Virus record (IMG/VR): IMGVR_UViG_3300033516_000105
Coordinates: 1 to 29,795 of that record
From: a virus
Lineage: Duplodnaviria; Caudoviricetes
DNA length: 29,795 nucleotides
Strand: one strand, 5' to 3'
Shown here: in pieces, positions 21,409 through 28,206 of the stretch
Layout of the letters: every line of letters starts with the position of its first letter
Numbering within the stretch: position 1 is the first letter of the stretch
Program-made: the position numbers and the translations under genes
Notes under the pieces: generated by a model
The model's input: the letters and a program-made list of their open reading frames with translations, nothing else
The model's database searches: none
What the model was told of the DNA's origin: nothing

Positions 21409-21425
21409 ATCAATCAATATGCCAA
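21409..21425 (-). promoter_or_regulatory. Putative sigma54-type -24/-12 promoter for hsp20-dnaK
   Basis: Minus strand TTGGCATATTGATTGAT = GG-N10-GA, close to the consensus TGGCAC-N5-TTGC, 45 nt upstream of the hsp20 ATG. Confidence 0.55.
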
Positions 21426-21437
21426 ATCATTTTATAT

Positions 21438-21480
21438 GAAATTTTGTCACAAAAATAGGATATATTTGTGACAAAATTTC
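21438..21480. promoter_or_regulatory. Perfect 16-bp inverted repeat (11-nt spacer) upstream of the hsp20-dnaK promoter
   Basis: GAAATTTTGTCACAAA-AATAGGATATA-TTTGTGACAAAATTTC; may be a regulator site and/or the HD gene terminator. Confidence 0.6.
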
Positions 21481-22074
21481 CTATTTTAACAATTCATCAA
21501 TTTCATCAAACATTAATTTGAATTTTTCATTATATAACATTTTCTTAAAATGTGCATGTTCTTTTTTATACATATCCAACATCGAATCCAATTTAACTCT
21601 CTCAATTTTATAATACAATTTCCAAAATATATTATTTAATCTTTTTTGTTTTATTTTAGAAAAATTTATATTTGCAAATCTGTCACAAATTTTAACAAAT
21701 GTAGCAACATCATTATTTTTAATATCATTATAATATTTCAAATTTGCTCTTTCTTTTCTTGTTTTACCTTTTTCATTTGTTAATATAAATGAAATATTAG
21801 CAATAAATTCATTGGTATTATTTTTAACATCATTGAATGTTTGTCTTGTATCTTCTATCAAATCATGTGATAAAATCGAAGCTATTACATTAATTTCATT
21901 TTCATCTTTTAATAAAGATAAATATTTACAACCAAATTCAGTAGCCATTATTAAATGATAAGAATATGGATGAACATCATATAATTGATTTACTTTACTA
22001 TGTGAATTAATTATATAATTAAAATATTTTTTTAATTCTTTGCTTTCTTTTAAATGGTCTCTAAATTTTTTCAT
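21481..22074 (-). CDS. HD-domain RelA/SpoT-type hydrolase (small alarmone hydrolase / Mesh1-like)
   Basis: H...Y...PYSYHL, SHDLIEDT, LTNEKG, VKICDRFAN. Start moved to ATG 22074 (MKKFRDH), downstream of a TATCTTTG element. Confidence 0.85.
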   Translation of the reverse strand: MKKFRDHLKESKELKKYFNYIINSHSKVNQLYDVHPYSYHLIMATEFGCKYLSLLKDENEINVIASILSHDLIEDTRQTFNDVKNNTNEFIANISFILTNEKGKTRKERANLKYYNDIKNNDVATFVKICDRFANINFSKIKQKRLNNIFWKLYYKIERVKLDSMLDMYKKEHAHFKKMLYNEKFKLMFDEIDELLK

Positions 22075-22089
22075 TTTTAATATTTTTAA

Positions 22090-22097
22090 CAAAGATA
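22090..22097 (-). promoter_or_regulatory. Bacteroidota-type -7 promoter element (TAnnTTTG)
   Basis: TATCTTTG 15 nt upstream of the HD gene ATG. Confidence 0.6.
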
Positions 22098-22137
22098 AGA
22101 TAAATAAACAATATAAAAAAATATATAACATTAAAAA

Positions 22138-22455
22138 ATGAAAAAATTTTTAGAATTCATAAATGAAAATAAATCTGAAATATTATCATATAACAATAAT
22201 ATCTATAACTTAAAATTCTTTTATAAAAATAATAAACTTTATGTATATTTATATTTAAATAAAATGAAATATCAACCGTTATCCATATTAATTCCAGATA
22301 GTGAAAATTTAAATAAAAATGAATTTTATATCAATCCAGAAGTTGATTTAAATTTAATTGATGAATTAATTAAACAAAATTTTATTTCAAAAGGTGAAAA
22401 TACAGCAATTGCTGGTGATGTAGAAACTAAATCATATTTTTTAAATTTTTCATAA
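22138..22455 (+). CDS. Hypothetical protein with CTS-like N-terminus
   Basis: MKKFLEFINEN; AATATATA motif at 22120-22127. Confidence 0.65.
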   Translation: MKKFLEFINENKSEILSYNNNIYNLKFFYKNNKLYVYLYLNKMKYQPLSILIPDSENLNKNEFYINPEVDLNLIDELIKQNFISKGENTAIAGDVETKSYFLNFS

Positions 22456-22626
22456 AAATATTCTTTAACATTTTTAAAAAATTTTTAGATTGAAAATTAG
22501 CAATATATGAAAATTGAAAATACGTATTTTTATATAAATGAACACTTTATAAAGGTTGAAAAATAAAGAAAAAATTAAGAATTTGCAATAAAAATAAGAA
22601 TATATAAAAATAAAAAAGTAAGTAGT

Positions 22627-22980
22627 ATGATAGAAATTAACACAAAAGAGTTTAGGAATTTAGTATTTGATATTAATTCCAACAAACCAAGTTTAAAGAG
22701 TTCAAAACCAGTTATTTTAGATTTTTATGCTGAATGGTGTATGCCATGTAAAGCAATATCTAAAACATTAAATGAATTAAGTTTAGAATTTGATGAATTT
22801 GAATTTTATAAAATAAATTCAGAAGAAAGTTATGAATTAACTGAATATTTTAAAATCAAAAATCTGCCAACATTAATCTTAATTCCAACCGAAGGTGAAA
22901 TTAAAGTTTTGAATGGTAATGTTCCAAAATCAAAATTAATAGAAGCATTTAATAATACATTCAATAAGATTAGCATTTAA
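22627..22980 (+). CDS. Thioredoxin
   Basis: KPVILDFYAEWCMPCK, cis-Pro LPTL. Confidence 0.93.
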   Translation: MIEINTKEFRNLVFDINSNKPSLKSSKPVILDFYAEWCMPCKAISKTLNELSLEFDEFEFYKINSEESYELTEYFKIKNLPTLILIPTEGEIKVLNGNVPKSKLIEAFNNTFNKISI

Positions 22981-23003
22981 ATTCTTAAATATTAAAATTT
23001 CAG

Positions 23004-23034
23004 AAATCCATAAATATAAATTTATGGATTTTTT
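23004..23034 (+). terminator. Intrinsic terminator after thioredoxin
   Basis: AAATCCATAAAT-ATAA-ATTTATGGATTT followed by a T run. Confidence 0.7.
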
Positions 23035-23052
23035 ATTTTAATTAATTTTAAT

Positions 23053-23060
23053 TATCTTTG
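23053..23060 (+). promoter_or_regulatory. Bacteroidota-type -7 promoter element
   Basis: TATCTTTG 14 nt upstream of ATG 23075. Confidence 0.6.
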
Positions 23061-23074
23061 TGAAAAATATTACA

Positions 23075-23740
23075 ATGGAAAAAATAAAATTTATTAGATA
23101 TGGTGGTTTAAATTCATATAAGCAAGAACATAGAAAACCAGATAATGATAAAAATTTTCACAACCCTCCAAGAAAATCTGGGTTTTATGCATTTCCACAT
23201 AAATATGTTGATTTTTTCTTATTAACTGCAACAAATTATCCATCTGATATATCTGGAAAAACTATATGGTTAAAAGATGATAATGGTAATATAGTAAAAG
23301 AAAATATAAAATACGAATATGATAATAAATCTAAAAGAGATATTATAGTAGTTTCTGAACATGTTAATGAATTGTTGAAAAAGAAAAACATTGAATTGAA
23401 ATATCTAAGATCATTCTACAATGAAAAAGAAGATGTATATTATTTAGCATATTACAAAAAACCAAAAATATTTGAATATTATGGAAATATTTGGCATCAT
23501 TTAGGTGAAAATTGTGAAAATTTTGAAATTATAGATAGAACAAATTTTTGGTATCTAACATCATATGATAGTTATTTAAAAGCATTCAATAAGAATAGAC
23601 ATCAATTATTAAAAGAAATTCATAAAGATCATTTCAATGAAAGTAAAGAATTATTAAATAGAATTGATCCATATAGAAAATCACCATCATATACATATGC
23701 AATTGATGATTTGGAAGTATTCATTGAAAAATTAAAATGA
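23075..23740 (+). CDS. Hypothetical protein
   Basis: MEKIKFIRYGG...FHNPPRKSGFYAFP...IWHHL...DDLEVFIEK; start moved to ATG 23075 because the track GTG overlaps the promoter element. Confidence 0.7.
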   Translation: MEKIKFIRYGGLNSYKQEHRKPDNDKNFHNPPRKSGFYAFPHKYVDFFLLTATNYPSDISGKTIWLKDDNGNIVKENIKYEYDNKSKRDIIVVSEHVNELLKKKNIELKYLRSFYNEKEDVYYLAYYKKPKIFEYYGNIWHHLGENCENFEIIDRTNFWYLTSYDSYLKAFNKNRHQLLKEIHKDHFNESKELLNRIDPYRKSPSYTYAIDDLEVFIEKLK

Positions 23741-23851
23741 TTATTTTATTTGATTTGTTCCACAACAAGAACAATAATATGTTCCATTTTCAAAATAAAA
23801 ATTTTTTAAGTCATCACAATTAAAACAAAAATAAGCATTTGTATCTTCCAT
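23741..23851 (-). CDS. Small Zn-ribbon protein (36 aa), not in the ORF track
   Basis: MEDTNAYFCFNCDDLKNFYFENGTYYCSCCGTNQIK*: CxxC-x14-CxxC; AATATATA motif at 23869-23876. Confidence 0.7.
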   Translation of the reverse strand: MEDTNAYFCFNCDDLKNFYFENGTYYCSCCGTNQIK

Positions 23852-23898
23852 TTTTTAATTTTTTTAATTATATATTAAAATTATTATTTAAAAATTAG

Positions 23899-23978
23899 AG
23901 TTGGCTATTGGATTCGAACCAATGTGTTTAATTAACAATTTTGCAGATTGTTCCCTTCAACCACTCGGGCAAGCCAAC
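23899..23978 (-). tRNA. tRNA-Cys(GCA)
   Basis: Acceptor GTTGGCT/AGCCAAC, anticodon arm ACAAT-CTGCAAA-ATTGT, U73, enlarged variable loop; no encoded CCA. Confidence 0.9.
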
Positions 23979-23985
23979 ATATTTG

Positions 23986-24069
23986 TACTGTGTGCGGGGT
24001 TCGAACCCGACGAACTCTTTCGAGACCAATTTGAAGGATTGGCTACTTTAACCACTTGTATAACACAGC
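23986..24069 (-). tRNA. Atypical class II tRNA, anticodon loop CCUUCAA (UUC, Glu-decoding, by position)
   Basis: Acceptor GCTGTGT/ACACAGT + A73, D arm TAC-AAGTGGTTAAA-GTA, CCAAT-CCTTCAA-ATTGG, variable arm CTC-GAAA-GAG, T arm G(T)CGGG-TTCGAAC-CCCGC. Confidence 0.7.
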
Positions 24070-24074
24070 ATTAG

Positions 24075-24148
24075 TAGTATTGAATGGATTTGAACCATTG
24101 ACCTTCTCGGTATCAGCGAGACATTCTAACCAACTGAACTACAATACT
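24075..24148 (-). tRNA. tRNA-Ile(GAU)
   Basis: AGTATTG/CAATACT acceptor; TCTCG-CTGATAC-CGAGA. Confidence 0.93.
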
Positions 24149-24153
24149 ATAAG

Positions 24154-24226
24154 CACCACCTATGGGATTCGAACCCATGTACTCCTCCGTGACAGGGAGG
24201 CATGATAACCACTTCACCAAGGTGGT
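24154..24226 (-). tRNA. tRNA-Asp(GUC)
   Basis: ACCACCT/AGGTGGT acceptor, G73; CCTCC-CTGTCAC-GGAGG. Confidence 0.95.
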
Positions 24227-24236
24227 ATTTAATTTG

Positions 24237-24310
24237 TCGGGATGAGACGACTTGAACGTCCGACCTCCTGCTCCCAAAGCAGGCATTCTAACCAACTGAA
24301 CTACATCCCG
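24237..24310 (-). tRNA. tRNA-Pro(UGG)
   Basis: CGGGATG/CATCCCG acceptor; CCTGC-TTTGGGA-GCAGG. Confidence 0.95.
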
Positions 24311-24317
24311 TTTTTAG

Positions 24318-24403
24318 TAGCTGGAACAAGAATCGAACTTGCACAAACATTTCTGTTCATTGGATTTTAAGTCCAACGTGTCTACCAATTCCACCATCCA
24401 GCC
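24318..24403 (-). tRNA. tRNA-Leu(UAA)
   Basis: GGCTGGA/TCCAGCT, A73; TTGGA-CTTAAAA-TCCAA; long variable arm. Confidence 0.95.
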
Positions 24404-24411
24404 ATTAAAAG

Positions 24412-24484
24412 CGTCCAAAATAGGTCACGATCCTATAACCTTCTGATTAACAGTCAGATGCTCTACCAATTGAGCTACTTGGAC
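24412..24484 (-). tRNA. tRNA-Asn(GUU)
   Basis: GTCCAAG/TTTGGAC, G73; TCTGA-CTGTTAA-TCAGA; non-canonical T loop ATCGTGA. Confidence 0.9.
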
Positions 24485-24492
24485 AATATTTG

Positions 24493-24577
24493 TAGATTTG
24501 ATGAGATTCGAACTCACATGAGTATTACCTCAATAGTTTCTAAAACTATCGTGTCTCTCCATTTCCACCACAAATCT
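24493..24577 (-). tRNA. tRNA-Leu(UAG)
   Basis: AGATTTG/CAAATCT, A73; ATAGT-TTTAGAA-ACTAT; long variable arm. Confidence 0.92.
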
Positions 24578-24594
24578 ATAAAAGAACTATAATT

Positions 24595-24626
24595 AAAAAA
24601 TCCAGTTAATTTTTCAACTAACTGGA
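24595..24626 (-). terminator. Intrinsic terminator (attenuator) immediately upstream of the tRNA array
   Basis: TCCAGTTAGTT-GAAA-AATTAACTGGA-TTTTTT: 11-bp stem with one G:U, GNRA loop, U6 tail ending 17 nt before the first tRNA. Confidence 0.88.
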
Positions 24627-24666
24627 TTTTTAATATTTTAAATTTTTAAAAAAATCAAGTTAGTTG
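24615..24666 (-). promoter_or_regulatory. Antiterminator helix of the tRNA-array attenuator
   Basis: CAACTAACTTGATTTTT (24666-24650) pairs 16/17 with AAAAATCCAGTTAGTTG (24631-24615), which includes the whole 5' arm of the terminator. Confidence 0.82.
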
Positions 24667-24728
24667 GGTTGAGTTTTTGGCTCATCCAATAGATTGTTAC
24701 AAATGTTTAAGTTTAATAAATTTTTCAT
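24660..24728 (-). CDS. Putative attenuator leader peptide MKNLLNLNICNNLLDEPKTQPN (22 aa), not in the ORF track
   Basis: ATG AAA AAT TTA TTA AAC TTA AAC ATT TGT AAC AAT CTA TTG GAT GAG CCA AAA ACT CAA CCC AAC TAA; the stop codon lies inside the antiterminator strand. Confidence 0.8.
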   Translation of the reverse strand: MKNLLNLNICNNLLDEPKTQPN

Positions 24729-24757
24729 AATCTATTTTTTGTTTTTATTTGATATTT

Positions 24758-24765
24758 CAAAATTA
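24758..24765 (-). promoter_or_regulatory. Bacteroidota-type -7 promoter element for the leader + tRNA array
   Basis: TAATTTTG 29 nt upstream of the leader ATG; an AATATATA motif also lies near 24798-24805. Confidence 0.55.
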
Positions 24766-24955
24766 ATGTAAAGTTTTTAAATAAAAAAATTTTATTGTAT
24801 ATATTTTCAAAAAATATTCATTTTTTATCACTTTTATGGTCAAATATTGTTATTTGTTTGATTATTAAAACTTTAACTATTTTTGACATTTTAAAAATAT
24901 TTTAATTGGAACTTTTTATATTTATATATATAATTTAAAAATACTATAATAATCA

Positions 24956-25680
24956 ATGGCAACATTCACAATAACTGGAAATACTAATGTAGATAATATA
25001 AATGGTGGAGTTTGGGTAAATGGAGATTTATTGGTAATAAACAATGGATCTATTGTTACAGTAAATACAAATCAAACTAAATTTTAGACTACTGTTACAA
25101 TAAACAATGGAAAATTATTAATAGAAAACAATTCAGCAACATCAGCTATAAGATTTTTAACTGGTAGGTTGGCTGGAACATCTGCAGCAAATCAAATTAA
25201 ACCAACATCTGGATTAGCAACAATTGAAATTAATGGTGAATGGATTAATATAAATACTGGAACATCACAACAACAAATAATTCAAATTCCATACACAGAT
25301 TTCATTCCTTGTATTTGGGTAGAAACATATTCTGGTTCGAGTGATTATGAAATATGGTTTAATTCAAATGCTACATATGGACAATCACTAACATATTATA
25401 GAGAGAACTATGAATCAACTGGTTTTGATTCTGTTAGAGGTAGATATTTTATGCAAGTAGAAAAACCTGAACCATATCCAATAAACAGTGGATTATCTTA
25501 TCATTTTACAAATAATATAATACTTGGATTATCTGGTGCAACAGTTCCTATTGGTGCAAATATTAGAATTCCTAATATTATTAACGGATGATACAAAATG
25601 TAATTATTTTAGCACTACTGCACAATTAGCAACAAGAACTTGGAATTGTAATATTGATTTAACTTCTGGAGGTATATTAA
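24956..25680 (+). pseudogene. Disrupted, truncated beta-rich (tail-fibre/adhesin-like) gene
   Basis: ATG 24956 (MATFTITGNTNVD...) is in frame with the track ORF 25169-25591 but interrupted by TAG at 25085-25087. An apparent frameshift near 25583 continues ...TDDTKCNYFSTTAQLATRTWNCNIDLTSGG. Confidence 0.65.
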
Positions 25681-26052
25681 TTAAAATTATATGATAAAAA
25701 ATCAAAAGGTGAATTAAAATTTGAATTGGTCTCAGATGATTTATATTTTAAAGTTTGGGAAGATACATTTGAAATTGAAACCAAAGCAACTGTTAAAGTG
25801 GAAGAAGTATTAAAACAAATTACAAAAGAAAATAATAAACCACAAATTTCAGTTTCAACTGTTGAATTAATTAAACCAGAAACTAAAAAATCTGTTGAAA
25901 AAATAGTTGAAAAGATTGAAAAAGAAGAAAAAGAAGAAATAGAAGAAGTTGAAAATATTGTAGAAAATGTAGAAATTAAAAAAGATAACATTATTAAAAA
26001 AGATTTAACAACATTATCTTTTGATAAGTTTTTTAATAAATATGAATTTTAA
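25681..26052 (+). pseudogene. Probable 5'-truncated gene remnant (LKLYDKKSKGELKFELVSDDLYFKVWEDTF...)
   Basis: Frame opens right after TAA 25678-25680 with no ATG and no intergenic promoter; E/K-rich tail. Confidence 0.5.
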
Positions 26053-26529
26053 TTAAAAATCAGATTCTCCTATTTTTATGAATTCTCTATCAGCATTTAA
26101 ATAATACCAAGAATCAATATATAAATAACATTCTTCCCAAGGAAGTAATGTATTTATGTATTTTTCTTTATTTTCATATTCATCAATTTGAACAAATTCA
26201 TCAATCACATCATCAATATATTCTGTAATTCCTCCATCAATTTTAAAATTTATATTACATAAATTTTTCATTTTTTGAAAATTCTCATCACCAATTGATT
26301 TTTTCAATTCATTTTCTTTCGCCTTTAATTTATCTAAATATTCAGTTTTATTTATATATTCACCAACTAAAACAATATCACCATTTTCAATTAATTTTTC
26401 AGCTTTTGATATATCATTATAATATTTATATAAATTTTTACCTAATGATTTTAAATAACCATCTTTAATACATGAAACAGATTTTACTTTATTTTCATAT
26501 AAAATTCCTATTTTTGCATTTGTGCTCAT
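26053..26529 (-). CDS. Conserved phage hypothetical protein
   Basis: MSTNAKIGI...VKSVSCIKDGY...GKNL..YY...LIENGD resembles the common phage MSTRxxIG...YCHWDGY family. Confidence 0.7.
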   Translation of the reverse strand: MSTNAKIGILYENKVKSVSCIKDGYLKSLGKNLYKYYNDISKAEKLIENGDIVLVGEYINKTEYLDKLKAKENELKKSIGDENFQKMKNLCNINFKIDGGITEYIDDVIDEFVQIDEYENKEKYINTLLPWEECYLYIDSWYYLNADREFIKIGESDF

Positions 26530-26532
26530 AAA

Positions 26533-27534
26533 TTATTCATTTTTAATTCTACTATAATCAATAACAATATTTATTTTAATTATTAAATCACCTCTTTGGT
26601 GTCTATTAATTAACATTCCTTTTTCTTTTAATTTTATTAAATCTCCATTTTTAGTTCCTTTTGGAATTTTTATTGCTAATGTTGAATTATCTAAATGAAT
26701 ATATGTTATTGGATTTCCATCAATTGCATCTTGAAAATGAACATCCATTGTATATAATAATCCATATGTAGTAAATTCATATTTTTCATTATGTTTATAA
26801 TTTATATTCAATTTTAAATCACCTACTTTATTATAGTATTTAGAATAATGACCATAATGTTGCAAATATTGTGTTGATGATTGTTTAATTCTATAAATAT
26901 TATCTAAATTAAATGTTTCATTTTTAATTACCAATCTCTCACCATTACAAGTTGAACATTTTTTTGAATGAACATTTCCATTACCAAAACAAGTTTGGCA
27001 TAATAATCCATAATTATCCAAACCACTACCATGACATGATGGACATTTTGTTTGTGTAGATGTAAAATCAAATCCAGTTCCTTTACAATTTCCACATTTT
27101 ACATATCTTTTATATGTAATAGATAATGGATTATTAGAATATACATCAGATAATGTTAAATCTGAATTTACAATAATGTCTAAATTTTCTTGTTTTGTTT
27201 TGTTGAATGGATTATAACCAAATCCACCAAAAACTGAATTTATAAAATTTTCATCAAATGTGAAACCTCCCATATCACCAAATCCACTAAATCCACCATA
27301 ACTTGGATTGTAATCTTTTCCGTGAGGACTTTGTTGATCATAACTGCCTCTTTTTTCAGTTAAAATTTGGTGTGCTTCATTTATTTTTTTGAATTTTTCT
27401 TCTTTTGCCTTATCATTAGGATTCCTATCTGGATGATATTCTTTTGCTAATTTTTTGAAAGCCTTCTTAATAGTTTGTTCATCGGAATTTTTATCAATTC
27501 CTAATATATCATAATAATTTTTATTTAAATCCAT
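26533..27534 (-). CDS. dnaJ: DnaJ (Hsp40, class A)
   Basis: J domain with HPD, G/F region, four CxxCxGx(G) repeats, C-terminal domain. Start moved to ATG 27534 (MDLNKNYY). Confidence 0.93.
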   Translation of the reverse strand: MDLNKNYYDILGIDKNSDEQTIKKAFKKLAKEYHPDRNPNDKAKEEKFKKINEAHQILTEKRGSYDQQSPHGKDYNPSYGGFSGFGDMGGFTFDENFINSVFGGFGYNPFNKTKQENLDIIVNSDLTLSDVYSNNPLSITYKRYVKCGNCKGTGFDFTSTQTKCPSCHGSGLDNYGLLCQTCFGNGNVHSKKCSTCNGERLVIKNETFNLDNIYRIKQSSTQYLQHYGHYSKYYNKVGDLKLNINYKHNEKYEFTTYGLLYTMDVHFQDAIDGNPITYIHLDNSTLAIKIPKGTKNGDLIKLKEKGMLINRHQRGDLIIKINIVIDYSRIKNE

Positions 27535-27554
27535 TTTTATATGTTTATTTTTGA

Positions 27555-27562
27555 CAAATTTA
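27555..27562 (-). promoter_or_regulatory. Bacteroidota-type -7 promoter element
   Basis: TAAATTTG 20 nt upstream of the dnaJ ATG. Confidence 0.55.
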
Positions 27563-27590
27563 AAAAATATTTCCAATTAAAAAAATTATT

Positions 27591-27881
27591 TTACAATTGT
27601 TTATATAAATCATTGAATTTTTTTATCTTTCTTTGTCTTTCTCTTTTTACTCTTCTTTTGTTTAATATTTTTATATCATTTACTCTTATTGGTCTTTCAC
27701 CAGAGGATGTTGGAGTTCCTTGATTATTATCAAATTCACCACCAGCAATATTTCCACCATTTCCACCAGCAACACTACTAACAGTACCAAGTGGTCTATT
27801 ATCACCAGACCATGTAGTTATACTTGGTCCATTTGTGGTATCATATTTTATACATTCTAAATATTGTTTAAAATTTTTCAT
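27591..27881 (-). CDS. Small Gly-rich protein with CTS-like N-terminus and basic C-terminus
   Basis: MKNFKQYLE...AGGNGGNIAGG...KRRVKRERQRKIKKFNDL; overlaps the upstream ORF stop (TAATG). Confidence 0.7.
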   Translation of the reverse strand: MKNFKQYLECIKYDTTNGPSITTWSGDNRPLGTVSSVAGGNGGNIAGGEFDNNQGTPTSSGERPIRVNDIKILNKRRVKRERQRKIKKFNDLYKQL

Positions 27882-28129
27882 TATAATTGTGAAAATTTTT
27901 TTAATTTTTTCTTTTTCTTTTTAGATTTTTGATTAAATGATTGATATTGTGGATTTTTCATATACATTCCAAAATTTCCATTAGCAACATCACCACTACC
28001 AGGAATTGAACCTGAAACATCACCAGGAATTGCTGATACTGTTGGTGCTACAACATTTCCCATTCCACCAGTGTTACCAAGTGCAGCAACATCTTCTAAA
28101 AATTTTTCATAATTTAATATATTTTTCAT
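27881..28129 (-). CDS. Small protein resembling the N-terminal arm of the major capsid protein
   Basis: LGNTGGMGNVVAPTVSAIPGDV...GSGDVA vs capsid LGNLQGMGPVSSPVVGSVPGSV...GSGDIA. Confidence 0.75.
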   Translation of the reverse strand: MKNILNYEKFLEDVAALGNTGGMGNVVAPTVSAIPGDVSGSIPGSGDVANGNFGMYMKNPQYQSFNQKSKKKKKKLKKFSQL

Positions 28130-28206
28130 CTATGGCTTATTGTTTTTTATTATATATTATATATAAAAATAATATATTAAAAATTAATATATAAAATTAA
28201 AAAATT

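Noticed and set aside
22508-22567. 19-codon ORF upstream of thioredoxin as a second leader peptide
   Set aside because: No terminator/antiterminator pair follows it, and thioredoxin has its own promoter motif.
23986-24069. tRNA-Sec
   Set aside because: 7-bp acceptor, 3-bp D stem and A73 do not fit bacterial tRNA-Sec, and UCA is off-centre in the loop.
24113-24295. 60-aa ORF in the track
   Set aside because: Lies across tRNA-Pro, -Asp and -Ile; a by-product of tRNA sequence.
25085-25087. Stop-codon reassignment (TAG or TGA read as sense)
   Set aside because: All core genes are open in code 11, TAG and TGA end normal genes (21481, 29371, 3685, 23740), and the one in-frame TAG is in a gene that also has a frameshift.
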